In this document: positions 24,140 to 35,316 of the stretch, piece by piece
Position numbering within the stretch: position 1 is the stretch's first letter
Layout: every line of letters begins with the position of its first letter
Assembly: GCA_010909165.1 (NCBI GenBank)
Contig: VJWM01000044.1
Span: forward strand, 2,232,001-2,296,000
Direction of reading: 5' to 3'
DNA length: 64,000 nt
Source: Anthoceros angustus
Taxonomy: Eukaryota; Plantae; Anthocerotophyta
The notes under the pieces: generated by a model
Told to the model about the DNA's origin: nothing
The model's input: the letters and a program-made list of their open reading frames with translations, nothing else
The model's database searches: none
Program-made: the position numbers and the translations under genes

Positions 24140-27100
24140 ATAGATATTTCAAAGTATATATCCAAGTCCTCCGCACTGGGAATCACTGGAGTACCCCAAG
24201 GCCACTGGAGTAACCCCGTACAACACTAACAACTGGGGTCCCGTACTTGAACTAGAGTAATCCCTACAACACTAACAATTGGGGCCTCGCACTTGAACTG
24301 GAGTAACCTTGTAGGACACTAACAACGGGAGTCCTGCACTTGAACTAGAGTAACCCCTACAACACTAACAACTGGGGTCCCGCACTTGAACCGGAGTAAC
24401 CATGTAGGACACTAACAACTGGAGTCCTGCACTTGAACTAGAGTAACTCTGTAGGGCACTAACAGGCACTAACAACTAGCGGCCCCGCACTTGAACTGGA
24501 GTAACTCCACAGGGCACTAACAACTAGCGGCCCCGCACTTGAACTGGAGTAACCCCACAGGGCACTAACAACTAGCGGCCCCGCTCTTGAACTGGAGTAA
24601 CCCTGTAGGGCACTAACAACTGGCGGCCCGCACTTGAATAGGAGTAACCCCGTAGGGCACTAACAGGCACTAACAACTTGCAGCCCGCACTTGAACCAGA
24701 GTAACCCCGTAGGGCATTAAGAGGTACTAACAACTGGCGCCCCACACTTGAACATGAGTAACCCTGTAGGGCACTAACAGGCACAAACAACCTGGCATCC
24801 CGCACTTAAACATGAGTAACATCGTAGGGCACTAACAAGCACTAACAACGGGTGGCCTGCACTTGAACGGGAGTAACCCCGTAGGACACTAACAATCACT
24901 AACAACCGCCGCCGCAGAACATTAACAGCTGGTGGCCTCGAATATTTCAAAGTAAGCATCGAAGTCCCACATTGGGATTTGAACTAGACTAACTCTGTAG
25001 GGCACTACCAATTGGCAGAATTGGTGTACCCTTGTAGAACATTAACCTCGTACTTGAACTGAAGTAACCCTGTAGAACATTAACAACTGGTGGCCTCGCA
25101 TATTTAAAAGTATACATCGAATTCCCACACCGGGATTTGAACTAGACTAACTCCGTAGGGCACTAAAAACTAGCGGAATTGGAGTAACCTTGTAGAAAAT
25201 TAACCCCGCACTTAAACCGGAGTAAGCTCGTAGAACATTAACAACTGGCGGCCTTGCATATTTGAACTAGAGTAACCCCGTGGAACATTAACAACTGGTG
25301 GCCTCGCATATTTCAAAGTATACATCGAAGTAACCCGGCAGAACATTGATAATTGAGGGCCTCACATATTTCAAAGTATATCCCGAAGTCTCGCACCAAG
25401 AATTTGAACTGGGCTAACCCTGTAGGGCACTAACAACTAGCGACCCCGCACGCTGCGGAGACGAAGGTAGCATGTTTATAATAGGCAACCCCATAGGGCC
25501 ATGAAGCTATGGGATGGGATGGGGTGTTGCATATTTCAAAGTATGCGTCGAAGTCTCGCACCGGAAATTTGACTGGACTAACTGTATAGGGAACTAACAA
25601 CTAGCGACTCTGTGGACTACAGAGACGAAGACAATATGTTTATAACCGGTAACTGGAGTAACCGCGCAGGGCACTACCAAGTGGCGACACCGCACGCTGC
25701 GGAGACGAAGGTAGCTTGTTTATAATTGGCAGCCCCTGCAGGCTGTGGAGACAAAGGTAGCACCGCGTAGGGCACTAACAACTGGCAACCCATGCTGTGG
25801 AGACAAAGGTAGCACCGCGTAGGGCACTAACAACTGGCAACCCCGCACGCTGTAGAGACGAAGGTAGCATGTTTATAATCGGCAACTGGACCAACCGCAT
25901 AGGGCACTAACAACTGGCAACCCCGCACGCTGCGGAGACGAAGGTAGCATGTTTATAATCGGCAGCACCCGCACGCTGCGGAGACGAAGGTATCATGTTT
26001 ATAATCGGCAGCACCCGCACGCTGCGGAGACGAAGGTATCATGTTTATAATCGGCAGCACCCGCACGCTGCGGAAACGAAGGTAGCATATTTATAACCGG
26101 CAACTGGACCAACAGTGTAGGGCACTAACTGAGGCACTAACAACTTGCAGCCCGCACTTGAACTAGACTAACTCAGAGGCACTAACAACCGGGGTCCCGC
26201 ACTTGAACTGGAGTAACCCAGGCACTAACAACTAAGCGGCCCGCTCTTGAACTGAGTAACCAGAGGGCACTAACAACTAAGCGGCCCACTTGAATAGGAG
26301 TAACCTCAGAGGGCACTATGAGCACTAACAACCAGCGGCCCCTTGAACTGGAGTAACCCGTAGGGCATTAAGAGGTACTAACAACTGGCGCCCCACACTT
26401 GAACATGAGTAACCCTGTAGGGCACTAACAGGCACAAACAACCTGGCATCCCGCACTTAAACATGAGTAACATCGTAGGGCACTAACAAGCACTAACAAC
26501 GGGTGGCCTGCACTTGAACGGGAGTAACCCCGTAGGACACTAACAATCACTAACAACTGGCCGCCCCGCACTTGAACATTAACAGCTGGTGGCCTCGAAT
26601 ATTTCAAAGTAAGCATCGAAGTCCCACATTGGGATTTGAACTAGACTAACTCTGTAGGGCACTACCAATTGGCAGAATTGGTGTACCCTTGTAGAACATT
26701 AACCTCGTACTTGAGTAACCACAGAGAACATTAACAACTGGTGGCCTCGCATATTTAAAAGTATACATCGAATTCCCACACCGGGATTTGAACTAGACTA
26801 ACTCCGTAGGGCACTAAAAACTAGCGGAATTGGAGTAACCTTGTAGAAAATTAACCCCGCACTTAAACCGGAGTAAGCTCGTAGAACATTAACAACTGGC
26901 GGCCTTGCATATTTGAACTAGAGTAACCCCGTGGAACATTAACAACTGGTGGCCTCGCATATTTCAAAGTATACATCGAAGTAACCCGGCATAACATTGA
27001 TAATTGAGGGCCTCACATATTTCAAAGTATATCCAAGTCTCGCACAAGAATTTGAATCAAGTAACCTCAGAGAACATTAACAACTGGCATCCCGCACGCG

Positions 27101-28345
27101 GAGACGGTAGCATGTTTATAATAGGCAACCCCATAGGGCCATGAAGCTATGGGATGGGATGGGGTGTTGCATATTTCAAAGTATGCGTCAAGTCTCGCAC
27201 AAGAATTTGAATCGGCTAACTCAGAGGCACTAACAACTAGCGACTCTATGGACTACAGAGACGAAGACAATATGTTTATAACCGAATCGGAGTAACCCAG
27301 GCACTAACAAGCACTAACAATCGCAACCGCACGCGGAGGCGAAGGTAGCTTGTTTATAATTGGCAGCCCCTATTTGAGACAAAGGTAGCACCGTAGGGCA
27401 CTAACAATGGTGGCCTCGCAGTGGAGACAAAGGTAGCACCGCGTGGGGCACTAACAATCGGCAACCCGCACGCGGAGGCGAAGGTAGCATGTTTATAATC
27501 GCAATCGACCAACCGCATAGGGCACTAACAACTGGCAACCCCGCACGCTGCGGAGACGAAGGTAGCATGTTTATAATCGGCAACCCGCACGCTACGAGAC
27601 GAAGACAATATGTTTATAATCGGCAACCCGCACGCGAGACGAAGGTAGCATTTATAACCGAATCGGACCAACCGCATAGGGCACTAACAACTGGCTACCC
27701 CGCATGCCACGGAGACAAAGGTAACATGTTTATGATCCCGCACGCTACGAAGACGAAGCTAGCATGTTTATAATCGGCTGCACCCGCACGCTACGGAGAC
27801 GAAGGTAGCATATTTATAACCGGCAGCCCTTGCACGCTGCGGTTATAACCTGCAGCACCCGCATGCTGAGGAGACAAAAGTAGCATGTTTATAACCGGCA
27901 GCCCTCGCAAGCTGCGGAGACGAAGGTACCATGTTTATTATCGGCAGCCCCGATGACAGCCCTTACATGCGGAGATGAAGGTACCATTTTTATAATCGAC
28001 AGCCCCGCAGGTAGCATATTTATAACCGACAGCCCCGAAGGTAGCATGGTTATAAGACGAAGGTACCATGTTTATAATTGGCAGCTCCGAATGTAGCATG
28101 GTTATAAGACGAAGGTACCATGTTTATAATCCGCAGCCCTGAAGGTTGCTGTTTATAACCTGTTTATAACCGGTAGACCCATAGGACCATGAAGCTATGG
28201 GATGAGCGGGGTGTAGGGCCATGAAGCTATGGGATGGGTGGCACTCTGGATTGGGATGAGTGGGGTGTAGGGCCATGAAGCTATGGGATGGGTGGCACCC
28301 CGGATTGGGATGAGTGGGGTGTAGGGCCATGAAGGTATGGGATGG
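24140..28345. repeat. Composite minisatellite array (three interleaved unit types), with an internal ~1.65 kb duplication
   Basis: Unit A ~47 bp CGCACTTGAACTGGAGTAACCCCGTAGGGCACTAACAACTGG; unit B ~45 bp CGCACGCTGCGGAGACGAAGGTAGCATGTTTATAATCGGCA; unit C ~54 bp GGGCCATGAAGCTATGGGATGG. Position 24781 matches 26432 and 25481 matches 27121. Confidence 0.93.
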
Positions 28346-28559
28346 GTGGCACCCCATCCGGGCACTGATCCGTCCTCAGGACGCTAAATTGAGGAGTTCC
28401 AATGAACCCATGTCTCTAGGTCAACCCTCTTTTTTCAGTTTAGGTTTCTTTCTTCGTACATGTCAGGATTTTACATCTGGTTTCATTCCTTGTAAATGAT
28501 TTTATTGAATTATTTAGTATTTTAACTTCTTAGTATGACATCAATCATTTCATTTGAAA

Positions 28560-28907
28560 ATTATAAAATAATTAATGTACTTATATTAATTAATTAAAAT
28601 TATTAAATTTGAAAATTCATAAATTATTATACTTAAAATGCTCAATGTGTAAAACTTTACGAGTTTAAGATACGAAAACAAGGAAACTAGGGTTCGTGTG
28701 GAAAATTAGGGCCTTTTTAGAGGAGGTCTATACATCTCTATTAGTTCTATATAGATACTTATATATTCTAATAAATATTGAAATTTAGTAAAATTATTTT
28801 TTATAAATGTAAGAATTTTTAAAATATAAATACTTATGTTAAACCTTATTTTTTTCAAAAAATAATTACTTCCGCATTACCCTGTTGAACCACCCATCGA
28901 GGTACGG
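28560..28907. mobile_element. Diverged right-hand portion of the same MITE family as 11958-12307
   Basis: Collinear with ~11985-12307 (GGAAACTAGGGTT.GTGTGGAAAATTAGGGCC ... CCTGTTGAACCACCCATCGAGGTACGG-TA). Left TIR not seen. Confidence 0.8.
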
Positions 28908-28984
28908 TATACCTGATCAGTCATGAGCTTGTAATTTTGATAACACGTCATGATGTACACCCATTATGTAATTTGAAAATTGGA

Positions 28985-30217
28985 TTGTGCGAGGCACAAC
29001 TCCGCCGGCGCCGCTGCCTGATGCGCTCCTCAAGGTGAAGGGCAGTGCCGCATTGCATGATTCTGCGCGCGCAATTGATTGCCAAGAATCTCCAGCACGT
29101 TCGAGGGTGAGGTGCGAAATGGTCTACCACTGTTTGGACAGAACCTCGCTGCGGTGTTGTTTGCATCGCTGAGAGATCGGCAGGTGAGTTCATTGCCCGT
29201 GTTTTCTCCAAGGGACACACACAGCGTCTTCTTAGGGGAAAAGAGACACAGAAACTGACTCTGATCGAGCTGCAAGGCAGACTCCTCCTTTTTTGTCCTT
29301 TGGAGGAGAACTTGGCCACCACCAAGATACTCACACCTCGGGCTGGTTACATTGTTTTTAAAAAGCGGGTCGCAAGGTGGGAGATGTGGGCGAAGAACGA
29401 TTCCAGCTCTAGCGCGAAAGTGGCTAAACGAAGTGAGTTCTTGGTCATGTTTTTGCAGAACTGGAACGAAAACGAGTCTGTCCTAATTATGGGCTGAAAC
29501 ATGTGATTACATGTTTGTGTTACCTGCAGAGATTCGCGACAAGGCAGTCCCCAGGAGTAGGTCATGGTTAATCAGGTACTGATCAGAAGCCAGGTCTCGC
29601 CGGTAGTGGGAATGCCGTGTTGCCACCTGTTGAGATGGCTTTTCACAGCTGTTACTGCTACCAGCGCTTATCGGCAAATTTGCAAAATGCTAACAACCTT
29701 GCATTGTGACGATTGTGACGATTCCTCCTCGGCGGTGGCATCCACGATATAATGCTTCCCGACCTTGATCATGGTTACCAGAACCGGAACCCTAGAAGCG
29801 TCCAGCTTCGAGTAGCCCCCGGGATTTCCATCATCCACATCCACTCCGACCTCCGCATCCTCAGACCCGCCAGCAGTGATCTCCACCTTGGGGATGCCCG
29901 TGTTAGCGAGAGCAGCCTTATCGGCGATGGAGAGACAGTCCAGCAAATTGCCGTCGGAGCTCAGAACCAGCCCATCGACGTACAACACCCAGCAGATCTT
30001 GGCGTCCAGCAACCCTAAGGAGGCCGGGTCGATGGCGGCCCCTGCCCCGTTCCCGCCCCCGACCAGGCTCCTCTCCAGCGCTCCGACCAGCTCCTGAGAC
30101 AGCTTGTCCCCTCCCCTGCCATGGAACTCGGGGGCAGCAGTGGCCGAGCAATCCACCGAGACGTGCATATAGCCATGCCCGGGCCGGCCTGCCGTGGGCG
30201 TGCCTTGCTCCGCCTTC
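28985..30217 (-). pseudogene. Inverted, deleted copy of 32280-33725 (RRP42 fragment + intergenic + last codons of the GT29 gene)
   Basis: Reverse complement matches 33000-33725 and 32280-32780. About 220 bp is missing at the junction near 29715. ORF 29668-30168 reproduces RRP42 with substitutions. Confidence 0.9.
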
Positions 30218-30806
30218 CGCGTTAGTGTTGATTATGTCACATGCTCAGATGTTCCAGGACCAGAGGTGAGCATAATTCTGTGATGTCTGTTGATTGGAGA
30301 TGGAGTGAGTGGTGCCTTTAATGCTACTGTATTCCCAAACTACGAGCTGTAATTCTCATTACAGCTCCAGTAGCACAAGTAAGAAGCTTGGGCAGTGCTA
30401 GCTTCAGCTGCGGAGAACCCATAAGGCCAACCATTTTGGCCGAACGCATCAACTGCTGCATAACGTACCTAAGCCGGACAATAGCATGCAGCATGAATAA
30501 GAAGCTATGAGCTAACACTCTGGGTGCCCAAATATATGTCCCAAGATCCAAGGAACATTTCAAATGCCGAATAGAGTAGAGCTCTTGCATCAATATAGAG
30601 AGCACTGAACATGCCTAGTAAACCATAAACAGAGAGAAGAGAAACAAGTAAAATGATTGGATTGCTGGGATGTGCTTACTGCAAGTCATTGTCTAGAATT
30701 GATGCAGATGCACAAACTTCTTTATATTGGGAAATTGTAGCACATCAACACATGAAAGCTGGAGAAACACAGAGGTTAAGCCTCATTGTGCAATAGAAAC
30801 CCTTTA
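30218..30806. pseudogene. Two captured SGR6 fragments: 41456-41602 (direct) and 39090-39625 (inverted, internally deleted)
   Basis: GTTAGTGTTGATTATGTCACATGCTCAGATGTTCCA matches 41458 onward. AGAAGCTTGGGCAGTGCTAGCTTCAGCTGC is the reverse complement of ~39575-39604. Intron sequence is retained. Confidence 0.88.
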
Positions 30807-31075
30807 AATTGCAATCACAAACATAGATAGAGTTATCCTCTAAAATGGATTGGGCTCTTCTATTATAGGACGTTACCACTAAAGGGATACCGAGGTTGCC
30901 CTATGTTGAGTAGTTGTACTTCACCTAGCCCTTGAATATTGGAAGGGTCCGCCTTCCAGATATGTATATTACGACCCCTTCCGGGCAGATATGTACAATA
31001 TGGGCGTTCAGTAGCCTTGAAAAGAAGGGCACTACTAGTTTCTCACAGCCGGAGCCTCCATCGCAGCCGCTCAGT

Positions 31076-31996
31076 ATGGAGAACGCCGAGGAGACTCGGT
31101 ATTTGCCACCGAAACATTTCAAGAGATTAGACAAGTTGCAGTCGCTGGTGGAGGAAGCCTCGGCAGACAACACGGAGTTGTGGCTTGTGCAAATTCCATC
31201 TAAAGATGTACCCCCCACCCTGCCGGCCTTCTGAGAACTGTTTGTTGTCCTTGTTGCGTCCCCGATCCCATACTGATGTTGGCTAGTTGCCCTGCAGCTG
31301 GGACCCAATGACCTCCTGGACAAGCAATGGAGGATGCATACAGCTGCCGCCGATGGAAAGCTCGGTCATTTTTACAATTCGCGAGGTAAGCTCTGATACC
31401 AGATTCTGGCTACAGTCGCCTTCAGCTGTGCAGGTTTCTGAACTCTTTTGGCTGCAGGAGACTCGTTCAGTGTAATTAAAGAGGAGGAGCTGGCGGGACC
31501 TAGAACGTATGCTTTTGTGCCTATATCCTCGACAGATTCTTTTGCCGGTTTGTCAAATCTCCCTTCTCCTTTTACAACTGTGTTGTGTTGCAAGCATCGC
31601 CTTGAACCCTGTAGTTTGCCCCAGTTACTGACACTCCCTCCGATGTGCCTTGCACAGTCCGAAGTATTTCTCATCGCGTCAGCTTCGTTCGATCTGCTGA
31701 TAGTGCAGCTGCCGTGCCGGGAGAGGACAGGTCTGAGAGCAAAATTAAGCGCACCGTCCCTGCAAGCGAAGGTACTCACTCACATGCTGTCAAGAGTGTG
31801 TGGTTTTAGGTCTGGAAATCTTCCGCTTATGTCTCTTCGTTCATCAGGTTCTAGCAAAGCTTTCTGGCTGGCTGCAGAAACCAGGACTCCGCTATCGAAG
31901 CGGCCAATTGAGGAGCCACAGGAGAGGCACACGGTTGCTGGTAAAGGAGAAGTAGCGAAGCAGCAGAAGAAGAAATCCCGCAGGGAGTCCGCATAG
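31076..31996 (+). CDS. Mediator-associated protein 2 / RNA Pol I RPA34-like small protein, ~5 exons
   Basis: MENAEETRYLPPKHF...TELWLVQIP, DGKLGHF, ISHRVSFVR and a Lys-rich C-terminus KQQKKKSRRESA; GT-AG introns. Family assignment is from remembered motif similarity. Confidence 0.55.
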
Positions 31997-32101
31997 CTAG
32001 ATGGTTCTGGCAGCGTTCGGTTTTCCTGTCTGATTAGGGTTACGTTCCAGACTGGCTTCATTCATTGCTCAGTGAAAACCTTTCTGTTCGTGCTGGCAAC
32101 A

Positions 32102-32944
32102 ATGGGGCTGGTGTCGAAGGCAGAGCGGAGCTACACGGAGGGTGGCGTCGCGGACGATTTGCGCGCCGACGGCCGCAGTCGCCTCCAGTACCGGCGCTTC
32201 TCTGTGGAGCCAGGAGTGATTCCGCTGGCCAATGGATCAGCGCGGGTGAGGCTGGGTGGCACCGATGTGATAGCCAGCGTGAAGGCGGAGCTAGGCACGC
32301 CCCCGGCAGGCCGGCCCGGGCATGGCTACATGCACGTCTCGGTGGACTGCTCGGCCACTGCTGCCCCCGAGTTCCAGGGGAGGGGAGGCGACGAGCTGTC
32401 TCAGGAGCTGGGCGGAGCGCTGGAGAGGAGCCTGGTCGGGGGCGGGAACGGGGCAGGGGCCGCCATCGACCCGGCCTCCTTAGGGTTACTGGACGCCAAG
32501 ATCTGTTGGGTGTTGTACATCGATGGGCTGGTTCTGAGCTCCGACGGCAATCTGCTGGACTGTCTCTCCATCGCCGTTAAGGCTGCTCTCGCTAACACGG
32601 GCATCCCCAAGGTGGAGATCACTGCTGGCGGGTCTGAGGATGCGGAGGTGGAAGTGGATGTGGATGATGGAAATTCCGAGGGCTACTCGAAGCTGGACGC
32701 TTCTAGGGTTCCGGTTCTGGTAACCCTGACCAAGGTCGGGAAGCATTATATCGTGGATGCCACCGCCGAGGAGGAATCGTGTTTCAGTGCCGCGGTGTCC
32801 GTGGCTGTGAATCCGCAGGGGATGGTCACTGGCGTGACTAAGAGAAATGGAGCTGGCCTAAGTCCAGGCCTTCTGCTTGACATGTTGAGTGTAGCTAAGC
32901 AGGTCAGCCAGAAGGTGATCCTGCAAGTGGAGAACGTCAAGTGA
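32102..32944 (+). CDS. RRP42: Exosome RNase PH-like subunit RRP42, intronless
   Basis: GGVADDLRADGR, GVIPLANGSARVRLGGTDVIASVKAE, CWVLYIDGLVLSSDGNLLD, YIVDATAEEE. True start is probably ATG at 32102. Confidence 0.92.
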   Translation: MGLVSKAERSYTEGGVADDLRADGRSRLQYRRFSVEPGVIPLANGSARVRLGGTDVIASVKAELGTPPAGRPGHGYMHVSVDCSATAAPEFQGRGGDELSQELGGALERSLVGGGNGAGAAIDPASLGLLDAKICWVLYIDGLVLSSDGNLLDCLSIAVKAALANTGIPKVEITAGGSEDAEVEVDVDDGNSEGYSKLDASRVPVLVTLTKVGKHYIVDATAEEESCFSAAVSVAVNPQGMVTGVTKRNGAGLSPGLLLDMLSVAKQVSQKVILQVENVK

Positions 32945-33691
32945 AAGGCTGGTCGTCAGTTTGGGATTCTTTTCGGAACGGACCTAATAACGGAAGAACC
33001 ATCGCCACAATGCCTGGTTGTTAGCATTTTGCAAATCTGCCGACAAGCGCTGGCATCCGTAATAGCTGTGAAAAGCCTTCCAAACAGGTGGCAACAAGGC
33101 ATTCCCACCACCGGCGAGACCTGATTAGTCACGACTTACTCCTGGGAACTGCCTTGTCGCGAATCTCTGCAGGTAACACAAGTATGTAATCACATGTTTC
33201 AGCCCACAATTAAGACAGACTCGTTTTCGTTCCAGTTCTGCAAAAACATGACCAAGGACTCACTTCATTTAGCCACTTTCGCGCTAGAGCTGTGATCGTT
33301 CTTCGCCCACATCTCCCACCTTGCGACTCGCATTTGTAAAACAAGGTAACAAGCCAGAACAAAAACCAGCCCGAGGTGTGAGTATCTTGGTGGTGGCCAA
33401 GTTCTCCTCCAAAGGAAAAAAAAAGGAGGAGTCTGCCTTGCAGCTCTATCAGAGTCAGTCTCTGTGTCTCTTTTCCCCTAAAAAGACGCTGTGTGTGTCT
33501 CTTGGAGAAATCACGGGCAATGAACTCACCTGCCGATCTCTCAGCGATGCAAACAACATCGAAGCGAGGTTCTGTCCAAACAGTGGTAGACCATGTCGAA
33601 CGTCACCCTCGAACGTACTGGAGTTTCTTGGCAATCGATTGCGCGCGCAGAATCATGCAATGCGGCACTGGCCTCAACCTTGAGGAGCGCA

Positions 33692-35095
33692 TCAGGCAGC
33701 GGCGCCGGCGGAGTTGTGCCTCACACAAACCAGGGTATCCAGCTTGTTCCCATCCAGCTTGTAAAGAGACACCCCCTGCATAGCACGGTGATGCTCTTGT
33801 GCCTCAGGCCGCAAATCCTCCACCCCGAGCTTCTCCCACTTGCTATACTCCGACGCCCTCCGCACCTCGCTCATATCCGGGGCCCCGGACGCCGGCCCCG
33901 CCTCCTCCTTCCCGTCCGCCCAAACCCGGCAGGACGCAAACGGCCCGGGCTCCCGCCCCTTCAATCTCACAGCGGCATCGTAAGCCTCCCGCACCGTCTC
34001 CCTCCCAGGCACCACGGACCAGTCCTGCCTCTTCCGCTCCCGCATAGGGGAATGGATCCTGAACACCCCGAGACACTCCAACAGCTGGTAGTACGCCCTC
34101 CCCTGCAGCGGATTATGCCCCGTCCGAGACGTGGAGAAGTACCTGGTCCAGCCCGCGTACCCGGGATCCACCGTGAAGCCGTACATGTCCACACTGTCGC
34201 ACATAGAGAGCGCCAGCTCCACGGCCTTGATCCCCGTGCCCTTGGCCCCCCGCCGCAGCACTACGCCCTGGAAGAGGTAGACGGGGTTCGGCAGCCGCCT
34301 GATCTTGGCGTTGAAGTCGCGGTGGATGAGGCTCTTGATCACCACCACCTCCTCCTCGGCCCCCTCCACCACCCGCTCCATGCTCCGCGCTATCCCCCGC
34401 CCGATCAGCCGGAACGTCCGCTTCAACCCCACGTGTTTTGCAAACGCCGGGCTCACCTCCGCCTCATTCTCCCGGAACACTGCATCGTGGGCGTCGATCT
34501 CCGCCCCGAACTCCGTCTTGAGCAGGTCCCCCGAGTTGCCTACCACCGCGCAGGTGCGGAACTGGCGGGGGCGGAATGGCGGCCTCGCCGGGAGCACCAG
34601 GGACAGCTCGTCCTCGCATCTGCTCCGGTTGTAGCACTTCTCGGAACCCAGCTGCGCGATCCGCTTGGCCGCGTAGTCCAGCCAGCCGTCAGGCCGGGCA
34701 TCCAGGTACTCCCGCGTCAGGACCGTCGTCACGTTCCGGTACTGCTCCCAGAGCTGCACGGCGTCGCACACGTTGAGCTCGAAGGATGTCGCCTCCAGCC
34801 GGCGGAACTGCGTGCTGTACCACGTGCTGTTGGTGCCCTCAGGGTAGCACACTTCAATCCTGCACTCGTCCTTCACCTCCGCTTGCAGCCCCAGCCCGTT
34901 GCGTCCCACGCATTGGGCCACATTGTCCTGGAAAGCCCGCAAAGTTGCCATCTCCCGCTCTCCGGCAGCTCCATGCTGGTGGTGGCGTAGGGCCAGCAGC
35001 CCCGCCGCCGAGAGCAGCAGCACCGGCGGGAGGAGGAGGAAGGTCCGCGCCGGCCCCGAGGGCTCGCACCTCCGGCTCCGTCCCTGCCGTGCCAT
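33692..35095 (-). CDS. Plant sialyltransferase-like protein (GT29), intronless
   Basis: N-terminal TM, sialylmotif L CAVVGNSGDLLKTEFGAEIDAHDAVFRENEA, motif S GTGIKAVELALSMCDSVDMYGF, HNPLQGRAYY and C-terminal DTLVCVRH. Start at 35095 or 35167. Confidence 0.9.
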   Translation of the reverse strand: MARQGRSRRCEPSGPARTFLLLPPVLLLSAAGLLALRHHQHGAAGEREMATLRAFQDNVAQCVGRNGLGLQAEVKDECRIEVCYPEGTNSTWYSTQFRRLEATSFELNVCDAVQLWEQYRNVTTVLTREYLDARPDGWLDYAAKRIAQLGSEKCYNRSRCEDELSLVLPARPPFRPRQFRTCAVVGNSGDLLKTEFGAEIDAHDAVFRENEAEVSPAFAKHVGLKRTFRLIGRGIARSMERVVEGAEEEVVVIKSLIHRDFNAKIRRLPNPVYLFQGVVLRRGAKGTGIKAVELALSMCDSVDMYGFTVDPGYAGWTRYFSTSRTGHNPLQGRAYYQLLECLGVFRIHSPMRERKRQDWSVVPGRETVREAYDAAVRLKGREPGPFASCRVWADGKEEAGPASGAPDMSEVRRASEYSKWEKLGVEDLRPEAQEHHRAMQGVSLYKLDGNKLDTLVCVRHNSAGAAA

Positions 35096-35316
35096 CCAAG
35101 TGTCGGGGCTTACTGCGGTGCGCGACAAGTAAGCGCGCGGTCTGCGGCTTGCTTGCTTGTCATGCAAGCAATGCTTCCGACAATGGCCGCCTCGGCGTCC
35201 GCGTCCGCGTTTTAAAGCGAGATTATGTGTACATACTCACTACTGGCTGGGATTGGCATGCCGGACGCGTCGTTACTGAAGGGACCGAGAGGCAAGGCGA
35301 GGCAGGGCGAGGCAAG

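Noticed and set aside
24140-28345. CRISPR-like appearance of regularly spaced motifs
   Set aside because: Intervening sequences are themselves related repeats, not unique spacers; no cas genes; eukaryotic context.
33593-34990. 465-aa plus-strand ORF
   Set aside because: Antisense shadow of the GC-rich GT29 CDS; Pro/Arg/His-rich with no domain.
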